DNA of 64,000 bases from NCBI GenBank assembly GCA_030603385.1, contig JAUVXW010000005.1, positions 1-64,000 of the forward strand. Reading direction: 5' to 3'. Of the stretch, positions 31,801 to 41,751 are shown in pieces. The notes beneath the pieces are model-generated. The model ran no database searches, was not told the DNA's origin, and was given only the letters and a program-made list of their open reading frames with translations. The first letter of the stretch is position 1. The number at the start of each line of letters is the position of its first letter. Source of the stretch: Promethearchaeota archaeon (GTDB lineage Archaea; Asgardarchaeota; Lokiarchaeia; Sigyniarchaeales; SOKP01). A program made the translations under genes and the position numbers.

Positions 31801-33231
31801 ATTTATTTCTGTGTCTGACACAATCACTTTTTCTAAATTGTAATTTAAATAAAAGTTATATTTTGTTTTAGCTAGGAAACCTTTTTTAGTTCTGATATTT
31901 CCCTTGAAGAAATTTCTCGAAATCATATCCTTGATGATAGGAAAAATATCTTCTTTTAGCTTGAGATGTTCCAAATTCAAAGTTCTATGTTTCTTAAACA
32001 TATCTGAAAGGGAAACAATACTTTTAGTGCTAATTTGATTATAAAACTTCTGAATGAATTCCTGTTTCCCTCTACTAAGATTTCGAACATAATTTTTAAA
32101 TTCAATATTATTATCTAAAATTCTAATATTAAAATTATAATTGAGATTAATATATGAGATGAGGTCTTCAATATCATTGGATAATCCAAATGTAGTTTTT
32201 AATTGGTTTAGATCAATATAATTTTCTTTTTCTAATTCTTTAAACAATACTCTTTCTATTTCACCAATAAACTTTTTCCAAATTAATGATAAAAGAATTA
32301 TCAGTTTTGAAATTTCCATCAATTGAATAGTGGTCCAATTTTCTTCGCTACTTAAGACTTCATTTAATTTATTATTGATATAAATATACACGCCTGAAGG
32401 ATTATAATCTAATAACCATGAATAAATATTAAGGATATACACTATCCAAAAAGTTTCATTAAGATTTTCTGTTTGATTAAAACCAAATCCACCAGTCTCT
32501 TTTTGAAATTGAAGAAGATATTGGAGTTCCTTATCTTTAACTTCGGATTCTAAATCCAAATATTTCAAACATAAAAATTTATAAATTATAGCTTGGGTCT
32601 TTTTTTTACTATCCCCGATATACGAACGGAATTGTTCTCTACTATTTCGAATATCTACACCTAAAAGCGTGAAAATTTCTAATACGTAAAATAGAGTCCT
32701 TGCTGGAGAGATTACTCTACAGATAACACACTCTTTATCATGACAATGTAGAAATGAATTTCCTTTCCTAAGTGATAAAATAAAGTTTTTAATCTCTTCC
32801 TTAATATGATTCTGACCTTCAGAAGAAAAATACTCTTTTAAAAGACCTAGACTTTTCAAGCTACCTAATGCTAAATAAGTAGAGTAAATATCGGGGTGTT
32901 TTTGAGGATCAAGTGAAAGTTTAAAGCCTAATTGCTCATATTGTCTAATTTCACACTTTTTTATATATCTAAAGATCTCATTTCTAACTTTTTTCCTTTC
33001 TTCTTTAGTATATTTCCTAAATAAGGTAAACCAAAACACATTTTCTAGGGTTAAGTTAGGCTCATTTAGTAAATTATCTTTAAAATAATTATAAAATGAA
33101 ACTAATTTGTTAAAATCCCTTAAATAATAGTTCCCAATATTTCTTTTTTTAATATTGACAAATGATCTAAATGGCTCTTTCTTAAATTTAGTAATATATG
33201 GATAAGCAGACTTCTGTTCTATATTAAGCAA
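28825..33231 (-). CDS. Giant protein: prenyltransferase/squalene-cyclase-like N-domain, long coiled coils with PCI/winged-helix-like modules, two C-terminal TM helices
   Basis: PDIYSTYLALGSL and YLLQFQKETGGFG...ETFWIV repeats; heptad-rich middle; LISSGELQGKYD WH-like motif; hydrophobic hairpin plus basic tail. Confidence 0.65.
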   Translation of the reverse strand: MLNIEQKSAYPYITKFKKEPFRSFVNIKKRNIGNYYLRDFNKLVSFYNYFKDNLLNEPNLTLENVFWFTLFRKYTKEERKKVRNEIFRYIKKCEIRQYEQLGFKLSLDPQKHPDIYSTYLALGSLKSLGLLKEYFSSEGQNHIKEEIKNFILSLRKGNSFLHCHDKECVICRVISPARTLFYVLEIFTLLGVDIRNSREQFRSYIGDSKKKTQAIIYKFLCLKYLDLESEVKDKELQYLLQFQKETGGFGFNQTENLNETFWIVYILNIYSWLLDYNPSGVYIYINNKLNEVLSSEENWTTIQLMEISKLIILLSLIWKKFIGEIERVLFKELEKENYIDLNQLKTTFGLSNDIEDLISYINLNYNFNIRILDNNIEFKNYVRNLSRGKQEFIQKFYNQISTKSIVSLSDMFKKHRTLNLEHLKLKEDIFPIIKDMISRNFFKGNIRTKKGFLAKTKYNFYLNYNLEKVIVSDTEINTERISEEKEKLEDIKNDIYNMTLKLKNIGNQIREEIDSYLLIDEIDYAKERLKFVIKDAIMEADFLNENIENSFNEILYYSNIRAILGAEIAQWNKVYSTLQNELVEVDSYLKGKIQEKETIRNINRLLENLNEKLIIIEEDLKKKLDAFKKLFSETLEKEYIENKFNLIIPQLNQISDDISKYDKVIFNISQQITTKENEIVEKHREIINKWVRIKEKFENEYQFYHEGFQFFRTNLKKIIIINEKLNNDISEIGENIKSKIVENQFQEAFNVIKKESDVVLNEKLTEIKNLQSTVKDKIKEKQKLYLLYKHLQDNLENLESSIIDSIAKQAQFLKDKVIIERNKTEIKDFDEFVSQEVIKLKTELADIKNKFNQSDNLKIADITKEFDLLDASFDKTNKVFAKKFNSCNKNIENFDEKSKLTILQWEKFTSFFQNEISDLKDEYVNDIISNRINIMAVEKKTNNIRLIDLKDDVKLSCKVLIKRLKDMIDISKINAELNESDKTILIYTDFYYLNKELRNYIENQLLKLNRERVGKILALYDSSIRNLNLNTNMLELQNRISDLRVFEEVIPKKFYNKVNELQINQEWQEFLETKEYFESIIENDRNAINKISINLNLFNSMQNFIEQQYNSLKIELKEYYNRFLKESEEYDSYNDIQEDFGIKKQDFREKSRQTEDNIGNEIRNTANKTESSNKLIPEIREMFVKKKSEYLEEFNIKVIKINDQIEIMKNESFREKLIDFINNSKINLSQLLGNLERKVEDNIEIKEFKKINVIIHKRAKTIEAEIKEIKRNATIKIKEYNRQSKNFNQLSRFLLEDFNKFISEYNEILNEKVKSLERLILKSYIEMTIKAVANEFLTTGFLNNELKIKKQNIQNHLLFLISSGELQGKYDPRFGIYYENPEILDDLDETELEVIKSTNFKVNMVMRHLKNFASQYGSVIAFFASILTISYYLFLFSGGNPAVIVFPVLLTLMVLGFYFLRKKDAKIK

Positions 33232-33452
33232 ATTAAAATAAACCTGAAAAACTAAATATTATTATTTTGTAATTAATGAAAATCTTGACATATATTTTTG
33301 TTGAAATTAGAATTATTATGTTTAATTTTAGTTTAGTGAAAACAAGATACTTAAAACTATTAGAATTGCCTTAATAGATTGTTATTAAATCGTGTTAATG
33401 AAAAGAACAAGAAAAAAATAATGTATTTCAATAAATTACTCCGGCTATATCA

Positions 33453-34070
33453 TTATTGCTTTTTAGATGATGAGTAAGCGTGTTTCCTAGTAAAATATAC
33501 GAAGATACTTGCGATTACAACAGAAGCTATAATGAGATATAATATACCATATAGATATCCCGGTGATCTTGAAGTATAAACTGCCACATAAATGTATATA
33601 ACTCCTGACATGCCTAAATTCTCATTTACAGAAGAATCTTTAGCTGTCACCTTAAAAAAATATGTCATATGATTAGGATAGGATGTTATATTATCCCATG
33701 TGAAAGACCATTTGCTTCCTTCATCATTAATCATTGAAGCATTAAAGAGTGACGTAGTAGCATTTAAAACTTCTATTGAAACGTTTCCAAGTAAAGGTGG
33801 GTTGTCATCTGTAATATTCACGATTATATCATAAGATTTACCCGTAAAAAGTGTATCATTTATGTCAGGTTTAATAAACACGATAACAGGGGCAGTTGTA
33901 TCATTATTAGCAGATTTAATTGTATAAGGGAATTTACGTTCATCCATTATATCATCAGTACCAATAGTAGTTAAGGGTGTCTGTGGAATAATAAGAACAG
34001 TGAGATTGGCAAAACAAATAATAAATAGAAGCACAATCTTGGTTTTTCTCTTTGTTAACATAGCATTCAT
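33453..34070 (-). CDS. Ig-like domain surface protein with C-terminal TM anchor
   Basis: Signal/TM N-terminus; DTTAPVI...VTAKDSSVN Ig pattern; SPGY + TM + basic tail. Confidence 0.75.
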   Translation of the reverse strand: MNAMLTKRKTKIVLLFIICFANLTVLIIPQTPLTTIGTDDIMDERKFPYTIKSANNDTTAPVIVFIKPDINDTLFTGKSYDIIVNITDDNPPLLGNVSIEVLNATTSLFNASMINDEGSKWSFTWDNITSYPNHMTYFFKVTAKDSSVNENLGMSGVIYIYVAVYTSRSPGYLYGILYLIIASVVIASIFVYFTRKHAYSSSKKQ

Positions 34071-34220
34071 TTGTGATTCTATACAAATGTTATATTAAGT
34101 AAGAATAAATTCTAAGTTTCATATAAAGTTAAGTCAGAAAAATATCAGCAGTTAGAATTTAAAAAAATATGTCATAATTTTATTCTTTATTAGAATAAAA
34201 TGCAAAAAAAAAGAATTAAG

Positions 34221-35741
34221 TTATAGTTGAGGAGTATTGTTAAAACTCCAAGTATTTTTTATTCCTAAGTTATCTTGAATCAAAGGTGACTGAATATCAT
34301 TTATCGTCAGCACTTGTCCTGAAGGTATCCAATTTTTAGCATAATTAAAAGCCTCTTCTATCGTTCGATTTTGACTCAATTGAACCCAAAAATGATGAAA
34401 GAACCAAGTTCCTGCAAAACCATCAGCATTATTGTTATTTCGCCAACACCATGAAAGAACGTCTGTAGACGAAGTGATTAGAATAGCTTTTGGTAGGTCA
34501 TACCAACTGTATGGATCTTGATGAAGAAAATTACCGCTAAAACAAATATCGATATTTATCAGCATTCTCTCACAATTAATCTGCTTTATGAGATTAAAAA
34601 ATTCTAGTTCAGTAATATAGCTATCATCTGCCTCGAAATGGAATGTAGCATTTCCATCACCGAGTACTGCATTTGAACCATGGTCCACCATATAGAGTAT
34701 CAATTGATCTTTTGACTTAATGCTGGAGGCAAAAGAACCAGAAACAGAAATATTCAATTCTTGTTTAAACCTACTTGCATTTACATCATCATTTTCTACA
34801 TCAATTTTTGCAACAACTCCAGACCTATTTAAATCGTTAGGAATCCCATCAGACGTTTCAATATCTATCACATCATCCCCAGTATGATAAAGCATTAAAA
34901 ATATATTATCATCTGTGTATCCCTGATCCTTTAAAATCCAGTAAACTTGGAGGGCTTGAGCGGGAAAACCATCTGAGTTGATATTACTTGGTGGTGGTGT
35001 CGGAATTGGAGGCGGAAACCAATATTCTACTTTGACATCATCAAAAAGCACCATCTCCCCTCCAGTCATATTACCCTCAACTGCTAAAACTAAATGTAAT
35101 TGTGTGATTTCGTTTATAGAAGAACTATTGGCAATACCAGTTGCATTTAAAAATGTCCATCCCGCAAAAGGTCCAAAAATACCATTTGACCAGTCTGTTC
35201 TCACTACAACATTGCTAGAATTTAACCATCGTAAACCTATTCTTGCTCCAGCCCCGGGAGGTATTATTACAGCAGGATTAATAGGTGGTGTGTTTATATT
35301 AGTTGTGATATTAACCCATGCGGATAGATTATATGCCGCAAATTTGAATAGTGGATAATATTTTGTCCAATTGTATACTAATTCCATATTAACATATTTA
35401 GGTGTGGCTGGAGTTTTAACAATAAATTGTACAAACCCAGGAGTATCATGTCCAGGTAGATTACTCTCTTGTACTATATATCCATTGGGAAAATCTACAA
35501 ACTGGGGCCATCTATTGGTTTCAGTACTAAAGTTCGCATCTTCCCCATTATTGAAATCAGGAAAACCCTCCTTTCTATAGAAATCGTTTGCACTACATAG
35601 AATAATTGCTTTTCTCTCTCCCGGGATTTCCTCTCTTCGTGTTGTTTGGAGGTATAATGGCAAAAAAGAAAAAATCAAGACCATTATCAATATAAAAACA
35701 ACCAGAGGACCGTATTTCATTAAATTTTTTTTCGATTCCAT
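34221..35741 (-). CDS. Peptidase C13 (legumain/GPI8 clan CD) family protein with inserted beta-sandwich domain
   Basis: KAIIL..., VYWILKDQGYTDDNIFLMLY, YMVDHG (catalytic His), IDICFSG (catalytic Cys), QSP near the end; N-terminal TM. Confidence 0.75.
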   Translation of the reverse strand: MESKKNLMKYGPLVVFILIMVLIFSFLPLYLQTTRREEIPGERKAIILCSANDFYRKEGFPDFNNGEDANFSTETNRWPQFVDFPNGYIVQESNLPGHDTPGFVQFIVKTPATPKYVNMELVYNWTKYYPLFKFAAYNLSAWVNITTNINTPPINPAVIIPPGAGARIGLRWLNSSNVVVRTDWSNGIFGPFAGWTFLNATGIANSSSINEITQLHLVLAVEGNMTGGEMVLFDDVKVEYWFPPPIPTPPPSNINSDGFPAQALQVYWILKDQGYTDDNIFLMLYHTGDDVIDIETSDGIPNDLNRSGVVAKIDVENDDVNASRFKQELNISVSGSFASSIKSKDQLILYMVDHGSNAVLGDGNATFHFEADDSYITELEFFNLIKQINCERMLINIDICFSGNFLHQDPYSWYDLPKAILITSSTDVLSWCWRNNNNADGFAGTWFFHHFWVQLSQNRTIEEAFNYAKNWIPSGQVLTINDIQSPLIQDNLGIKNTWSFNNTPQL

Positions 35742-35975
35742 TAAATATCACATAGTTTTAATTTGATTTCAGTTATAAAATAATACTAAAATAATTGTAC
35801 TTTAAAGTAGAATTACGCGATTTTTTAATTTAAATCTTACTTTTCTTCTTTATTAATTACTAAGTTTTATATTCAATATAAACATGAATTTCCTGATTGG
35901 GGTTTTTTAACTAGGGACTTTATTAATGATGAAATACGTGAAAGAATAATATTTGGAGCTTTATTTGATCGTAAA

Positions 35976-36266
35976 TTGTATTATAGTGTCGAAAAAGGCA
36001 ATCTAATTGAACTTGAATTAGAATTAACTCAAAATCATCCTTCAATACCTATTGAGATCATAAATTTGGGAAAACTAAACACTTTAGTTGTTTATATACA
36101 TGATATGGATACAATAATGCCTGATTTTGGAGTAATATTGGAATCACTAAATAATCTGACCATAGTTACAGACATCCCTTTAGAACAGATTGACATTCCT
36201 TTAGAAAATTTTCCAAGATTAACATTTAATATTGTAAAGAGAAAAATAGTATTGTTTGACAGATGA
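35976..36266 (+). CDS. Hypothetical protein (start uncertain; frame stays open ~45 codons upstream without ATG)
   Basis: ORF track; plausible composition, possibly a 5'-truncated remnant. Confidence 0.35.
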   Translation: MYYSVEKGNLIELELELTQNHPSIPIEIINLGKLNTLVVYIHDMDTIMPDFGVILESLNNLTIVTDIPLEQIDIPLENFPRLTFNIVKRKIVLFDR

Positions 36267-36322
36267 TAATTCCAATTAGTCTAAGTCATTAGTATCTGTT
36301 AGATTACACAATCTATAGAATT

Positions 36323-36341
36323 AAAAAAAAAAAAAAAAAAA
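36323..36341 (-). terminator. T19 tract terminating the GlcD/HdrD-like operon
   Basis: A19 on the + strand, 17 bp beyond the stop codon at 36359. Confidence 0.55.
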
Positions 36342-36358
36342 TTAAACGAGGCATTCGC

Positions 36359-37780
36359 TTATTTTTTAGGCTTTTCTTCCATTGACTCTCTGATAGATGG
36401 GCTTAAGAAATCGTCTTCATTGGGCTTCTCTAAAATATCCAAAATATTATATTCTGTAATCATTTGAAGAACACCCATAACAACCATACCGTGATTGTAT
36501 TGATCATTAGCATCGTAAAGATTTCTCCAACAGAAGGGGCATTCGGTTGTTAAAATGTCCGCACCTACTGCATTCGCTTCATCACATCGAAGACTTGCGG
36601 TTCTGAGAGAAAATTCAGGATACCCTGCCCTCACACCTCCACCAGCTCCACAACACATACTATCAAGTTTTATGCGGTACATCTCTTTGAATACTATTCC
36701 TACATCTTCTTCAAGTTTTCTAAGAATTACACGTGGAACTTCATACCAATCATCAATCATTCTCTTAATTTTTCGGCTGTCCATCATTAGATTTTCTGAT
36801 TTCTCAATCATCTCTTGTTCCATATCAACTGCAAAATGTCTACCAGTGTGACAAGGATCATGATAAGTAACAACTTTACCTTTCAATTCTTTGTTAGGTT
36901 TGAATTTGATTTTCTCTTGTTGGACTAACCTTGCCACTAGTTCAAATGCATGTTGAGTTTTAAAAGGAAGTTCTTCGTCTTCAGCCATCCATTTTGGGTA
37001 ATCAATAGTAATAGTTCGATAACAACCAGCACAGCTGAAATACACCATTTCCATGTTTTTAAAAGCTTCAAGATTTTTCCTCATTAATCCCTGTGCTGTA
37101 TCAACTGCTCCTATCCTGAAAAATGGACTTCCACAACATACTTCGTCTGCAACTAGCGTGAAATTCATACCTAATTGTTCAAATAACTTAGCAGTCGTAA
37201 CAGCAACCTCTATTTGTCGATAACTCGCAGTACATCCGACATAATAAGCAATTTTCGCATCTTTATTGTCAATAAATTTTCCCAAGCCCGCATCTTTAGC
37301 CCATTTAAATCTATCAGCAGCAGCACCACCGTATGGGTTATTTCGCTCTTTCACTAGTTTGTCTACTAATTCGTGTTTTTCAATCATCGGTACTCCTGAT
37401 TCTATACAAGCTGCCCTTAAAGCTTCAATAATATCGACAGTACGAATTTTATTATCACATTGAGCTGAACATTGACCGCATGTAATACATGGTAAAAGAA
37501 CATCTCTAACTTCTTCAGTAATTTCTAAGTCACCAGTTAAGATACAACGAGCGATCCACATCTTACCTGCATTCCAAAAGGCTTCCCACCCATATTCAAT
37601 ACCAGCTGGACAAGCATCTATTATACCTTCATAAAGTACAGTTCCTTGTTTACCAGTAAACTCACCAATGCCTTCTCTATCAGGTTCACCACTGTAAGCA
37701 GATCTGCAAGCTTTACAGTGAATACATTTATAAATATCCATTTTAAGCTCTTCGAGCCTTTCCATTCCAGTTTTTGCCAT
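36359..37780 (-). CDS. (Fe-S)-binding HdrD/GlpC-like protein (2x[4Fe-4S] + two CCG domains)
   Basis: CIHCKAC, CITCGQCSAQC, EVCCG, YHDPCH, CCGAGGG, CPFC. Confidence 0.9.
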   Translation of the reverse strand: MAKTGMERLEELKMDIYKCIHCKACRSAYSGEPDREGIGEFTGKQGTVLYEGIIDACPAGIEYGWEAFWNAGKMWIARCILTGDLEITEEVRDVLLPCITCGQCSAQCDNKIRTVDIIEALRAACIESGVPMIEKHELVDKLVKERNNPYGGAAADRFKWAKDAGLGKFIDNKDAKIAYYVGCTASYRQIEVAVTTAKLFEQLGMNFTLVADEVCCGSPFFRIGAVDTAQGLMRKNLEAFKNMEMVYFSCAGCYRTITIDYPKWMAEDEELPFKTQHAFELVARLVQQEKIKFKPNKELKGKVVTYHDPCHTGRHFAVDMEQEMIEKSENLMMDSRKIKRMIDDWYEVPRVILRKLEEDVGIVFKEMYRIKLDSMCCGAGGGVRAGYPEFSLRTASLRCDEANAVGADILTTECPFCWRNLYDANDQYNHGMVVMGVLQMITEYNILDILEKPNEDDFLSPSIRESMEEKPKK

Positions 37781-37801
37781 TTTTTTCTTTACCTCCTTTA
37801 T

Positions 37802-39292
37802 TTATGGAAGAGCGAGTCTTCCTGGATGCATTATCATATTAGGATCTACCATTTTTTTAAACATTCGTAAGTATTTCCAGTACATTGCAGCTTGATAATA
37901 CGCTTGGATATGAATGTATGGATCTGGTCTATAATTCAACCAACCTTGTTTTAACGCATACTCAGTTGTCTCTCTATTCATATCTTGAACCTTCTCAAGG
38001 TTTTTGGGATCCATACTATCAAAACAAACGATAGGCATACATATGGCTTGTCTACATCGCTCAATAGAAGCAATCCACATTACTGGTGGAAATCCATATT
38101 TCTCCATAGCTTTAGTATACATCTCGGCGAAATGTGCGCATTCTGGCCACGGGACGTACCAAGTAATAAATAGGAAACCTGCTTCCCAGAAACTATATGG
38201 AATAGCAATTTTATTAGGTTTTTTCATCCTGCTTGCGATCTGTTTGGGATGGAGTTGTTGTTTTATAAGGGCATCAGGATCTTTTGCTCTTTTCTTAAAG
38301 TCCTCGGCCATTTTATCAATCCTGTTAGTTACATAATCCAATTCTTCTTGTGTCTGTGCCCAACACTCCCAATTCATCCACCACTGAGAGATTCCTATTT
38401 CTTTATAGAAAGCATAATCATGGGGGATTTTATCTTTGGGCCATCGTGCCATAACAAGGGGATAATTACCTCCTTGAACCATTACAGTGTTGTGAGCGAT
38501 ACCAAATTCTTGTTTAGCAATCTCAAGAGTTAGATCTTGCATATCATAAGGATTAGACATACCCCAAACAACTACAGTCTTATGCTTGGGGTGAGGATAT
38601 ATTTTCACGGCAACTTTAGTAACTACACCAAGCGAACCTTGAGATCCCATTAAGAACGACCACATGTCAGGTCCAAGACCATATTTATAAAATGGTTTCG
38701 CAGTTGGTAATGCCCAAGACCCAGTTCGCACAACATCACCATTAGGGAATACAACCTCCCCGCACATGAAGTTATCTCCTTGCGGTCCAACAGAGCTCGT
38801 GTAGAGTGAAAAACCTCTATCAATAGCATCACCCATAACAGTTGCTGCAGGTGGAGCACCATCAGGGATAGGAGGTGCCCAATCAGGATGGTGTTTATGC
38901 ATATAAGCCCAAAGTTCACCATTCGTGACCCCTGGCTCTACGATACAAAACCTGTTTTCTTCATCAATTTCAATAATTCGGTTCATTCTCCCTAAATCGA
39001 GCAGAACCCCTCCAGGTTTGATCGTCGGACATGCAAATCCACCCGATAATCCGCCGGAAACAGGGCTAACCGCAATCTTTTCTTGAGTGCAATATACTAA
39101 GATTTTACGTATCTCTTCTACATATTTTGGACGAACAACGATATCAGGAATTTGACTCTCTAAGCCCATGACAGACTTTGAAAGATAAGAGGCAGTAATT
39201 GCTTTGTTATTTGTAGCATATTCTTTACCGACAATTCCTATCATGGCTTGTAAATCCTTCTCATTTGGAAGTTTATAGCTCATAATTTCCAA
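37802..39292 (-). CDS. FAD-binding oxidoreductase (GlcD/VAO family)
   Basis: PDIVVRP, DLGRMNRI, VEPGVT, GSQGSLGVVTK, DPNMIMHPGR. Likely ATG start at 39283. Confidence 0.9.
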   Translation of the reverse strand: MEIMSYKLPNEKDLQAMIGIVGKEYATNNKAITASYLSKSVMGLESQIPDIVVRPKYVEEIRKILVYCTQEKIAVSPVSGGLSGGFACPTIKPGGVLLDLGRMNRIIEIDEENRFCIVEPGVTNGELWAYMHKHHPDWAPPIPDGAPPAATVMGDAIDRGFSLYTSSVGPQGDNFMCGEVVFPNGDVVRTGSWALPTAKPFYKYGLGPDMWSFLMGSQGSLGVVTKVAVKIYPHPKHKTVVVWGMSNPYDMQDLTLEIAKQEFGIAHNTVMVQGGNYPLVMARWPKDKIPHDYAFYKEIGISQWWMNWECWAQTQEELDYVTNRIDKMAEDFKKRAKDPDALIKQQLHPKQIASRMKKPNKIAIPYSFWEAGFLFITWYVPWPECAHFAEMYTKAMEKYGFPPVMWIASIERCRQAICMPIVCFDSMDPKNLEKVQDMNRETTEYALKQGWLNYRPDPYIHIQAYYQAAMYWKYLRMFKKMVDPNMIMHPGRLALP

Positions 39293-39481
39293 CCTTTTAA
39301 TTTATCTTCAATTTTTTGTTTTTTTATAAAATAATTTAATATTTTGGTAAATTAAGTACTGAATTTTAAATTTTCTTATATCTTTTTCATACTAAAGATG
39401 AATTCTCCTTATAGAGAATATGTATTACTTTTTAAAATGGATATATCTACTAAAATAAGGATATTTTATTAAAAATCTCAA

Positions 39482-40024
39482 TCAAATTTCTTGATCCAAT
39501 TGAATATGATTATAAATTTCGTTGAATTTAGAATCAATTAAAGATCTATCACGTCTTTTATCACATAGTAAAAATTCTCGAAATTCTTTATTATCTACTT
39601 CAATAAATTCCCAAAATTCTTCATAAATGTCTTTTAATGTTTTCTTTTTTAATATAATCTTCTGTGCTAATTCTCTGTCTTCTTCATTTCTAATATGATT
39701 TGATGATTTGGGGTGTAAAGTCCTATCAGCAGAAATTAGTTCTTTGCCTTCCTTTTCACTTTGATTAAATGCTTTAACTCCATTCCTTAATTTTTTTGAA
39801 TTTTCGTTATTTAATTCAAAATCTACTTTCTGATACCCACGAATTTGTAAATTCTTATCTACAAAAACCTGAAAATGATGGGGGCAAATCAATCCTTTAT
39901 GGATTGAAATTGTAGTCAAATGAGAGTTATTATTTAACTCTCTTTCTGGTACTCCAATAAGATCCTTCGTCTTACAAATTGGGCATATTATCTGAATTTT
40001 TTTGGTAGTAATTGGAACTAGCAT
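39482..40024 (-). CDS. Hypothetical protein with Zn-binding N-domain (CPIC...CPHHF)
   Basis: CPICK...ICPHHFQVFVDKNLQIRGYQKVDF motif. Confidence 0.65.
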   Translation of the reverse strand: MLVPITTKKIQIICPICKTKDLIGVPERELNNNSHLTTISIHKGLICPHHFQVFVDKNLQIRGYQKVDFELNNENSKKLRNGVKAFNQSEKEGKELISADRTLHPKSSNHIRNEEDRELAQKIILKKKTLKDIYEEFWEFIEVDNKEFREFLLCDKRRDRSLIDSKFNEIYNHIQLDQEI

Positions 40025-40209
40025 TATATTGTTAGAATATAGATACTATTCACGTAGTTGATATTTATTTGAATCTAAATATTTAAACTCCAGAATTTCA
40101 TGACTATTAATTCAATATTGTCAAGATTTCATTGGATAACCCAATCTTTAAGTTCAAATCACAATTTTTTTTTATTATTATATTTTATTCAATTTAATCT
40201 TGATGAAGG

Positions 40210-41619
40210 TTGAGTAACATTTCAGAAATGGATGTTTTTTTTAATCCTAAGACCGTAGCAATAATAGGAGCATCAGAAAAACCAAAGTTTGGTATAGGAA
40301 CAACGACCTACCTTCTAAATTCTAAGTTTAAAACGTATCCAGTTAATATAAACAGTGATACAATTTTTGGTCATAAAGCTTATAAAAGTGTTAAAGATAT
40401 ACCAGATCGCATTGATTTAGCAATAATTATCGTTAGTAATGAATTTGTACTTCAATCCATAAAAGACTGTGTTGAAAAAGAAGTAAAAGGAATAATTATA
40501 GAATCAGCAGGATTTGCGGAAACAGGCACAGGAAAATACATAAAAATACAAAATAAAATCGAAACAATTGCAAAAGAATCAAAAATCCGAATTATAGGGC
40601 CAAATTGTATTGGAGTAACTAATTTTCATAACGAATTTACAACATCAGACATGGATTTTGAACAAGCAATAAAAGGTGATATTGCTGTCATAGCCCAATC
40701 GGGTGTATTAGGAAATGTTTTTATTGATTGGGCTAATAGTCAAGGGATTGGGTTTTCAAAATCAATGACTATTGGGAACAAAGTTGATGTTGACGAGGTT
40801 GATCTTTTAGAATATTTAAATACAGACCCCGAAACAAAAGTAATATCTCTTTACTTGGAAGGCACAAAAAGAGGTAAAGCACTAAAAGAAGCACTTGGAA
40901 AGATGACTAAACCGGTATTCATTCTTAAAAACGGGAGAAGTGACATCGGGACAAGAGCAGTTAAAAGTCATACTGGTTCAATAGCGGGGAATGATAAGAT
41001 TTATGATGCTCTTTTTAACCAATTCCCAAATGTCTTTAGAGTTGATAATTTTTATGAATTGTTTAATATTGCCCAAGTTTTTGCCACACAGCCTTTATTA
41101 AGAGGAGAAAATGTTGCAATTGTTACTGGCTCAGGAAGTTTAGGTGCTTTAGCTTGCGATGAAATTGAAAAGCAAGGTCTAAAGCTTGCTAATTTAGAAC
41201 AAACTACAATTGAAAAAATAAAATCTGTTATCCCAAATTGGGTATCAATAGGAGGAACCATTGATTTAGGACCTTCAATGTTTCAAACATTTATCCCTTC
41301 TATTAAGGCAATTTTCCAAGATAATAATGCCGACTGCATATTATATATTTTTTCAGTTCCAAGAGTACCACTCCAAAGAATGGCTTCATATGCTTTAGAA
41401 GGAATCAGAGCACAATTTACTGCTCTAAAACAATCTGCTGAAAAATTTAAGAAACCTTGTATTATTGTTTGTTTTGGCTCAAGATGGGTTTTTGACTTTG
41501 TAAGTGAAGCAGCAACACATTCTGAATTAAAATTAATTATTCCCATCATGACCAGAATAAATCAGGCGATAAAAGCCTTCAAAATGATGTATGAGTATGC
41601 AAAATCAGAAAAAAATTGA
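40210..41619 (+). CDS. Acyl-CoA synthetase (NDP-forming) alpha subunit
   Basis: FFNPKTVAIIGAS, SAGFAE, IIGPNCIG, AQSG, GNKVD, SHTGSIAG (phospho-His). Confidence 0.9.
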   Translation: MSNISEMDVFFNPKTVAIIGASEKPKFGIGTTTYLLNSKFKTYPVNINSDTIFGHKAYKSVKDIPDRIDLAIIIVSNEFVLQSIKDCVEKEVKGIIIESAGFAETGTGKYIKIQNKIETIAKESKIRIIGPNCIGVTNFHNEFTTSDMDFEQAIKGDIAVIAQSGVLGNVFIDWANSQGIGFSKSMTIGNKVDVDEVDLLEYLNTDPETKVISLYLEGTKRGKALKEALGKMTKPVFILKNGRSDIGTRAVKSHTGSIAGNDKIYDALFNQFPNVFRVDNFYELFNIAQVFATQPLLRGENVAIVTGSGSLGALACDEIEKQGLKLANLEQTTIEKIKSVIPNWVSIGGTIDLGPSMFQTFIPSIKAIFQDNNADCILYIFSVPRVPLQRMASYALEGIRAQFTALKQSAEKFKKPCIIVCFGSRWVFDFVSEAATHSELKLIIPIMTRINQAIKAFKMMYEYAKSEKN

Positions 41620-41751
41620 GTAATTTTACCATTCTTATTCTGTCTTATTTTAGATCTTCTTCTAGTGTTTAAATACTAAATCTAAAAATTGGACCCCATA
41701 TTTTTTTAATTTGATAAAAATCACATTTTAATTAAGAAAAAATAATAAAAT

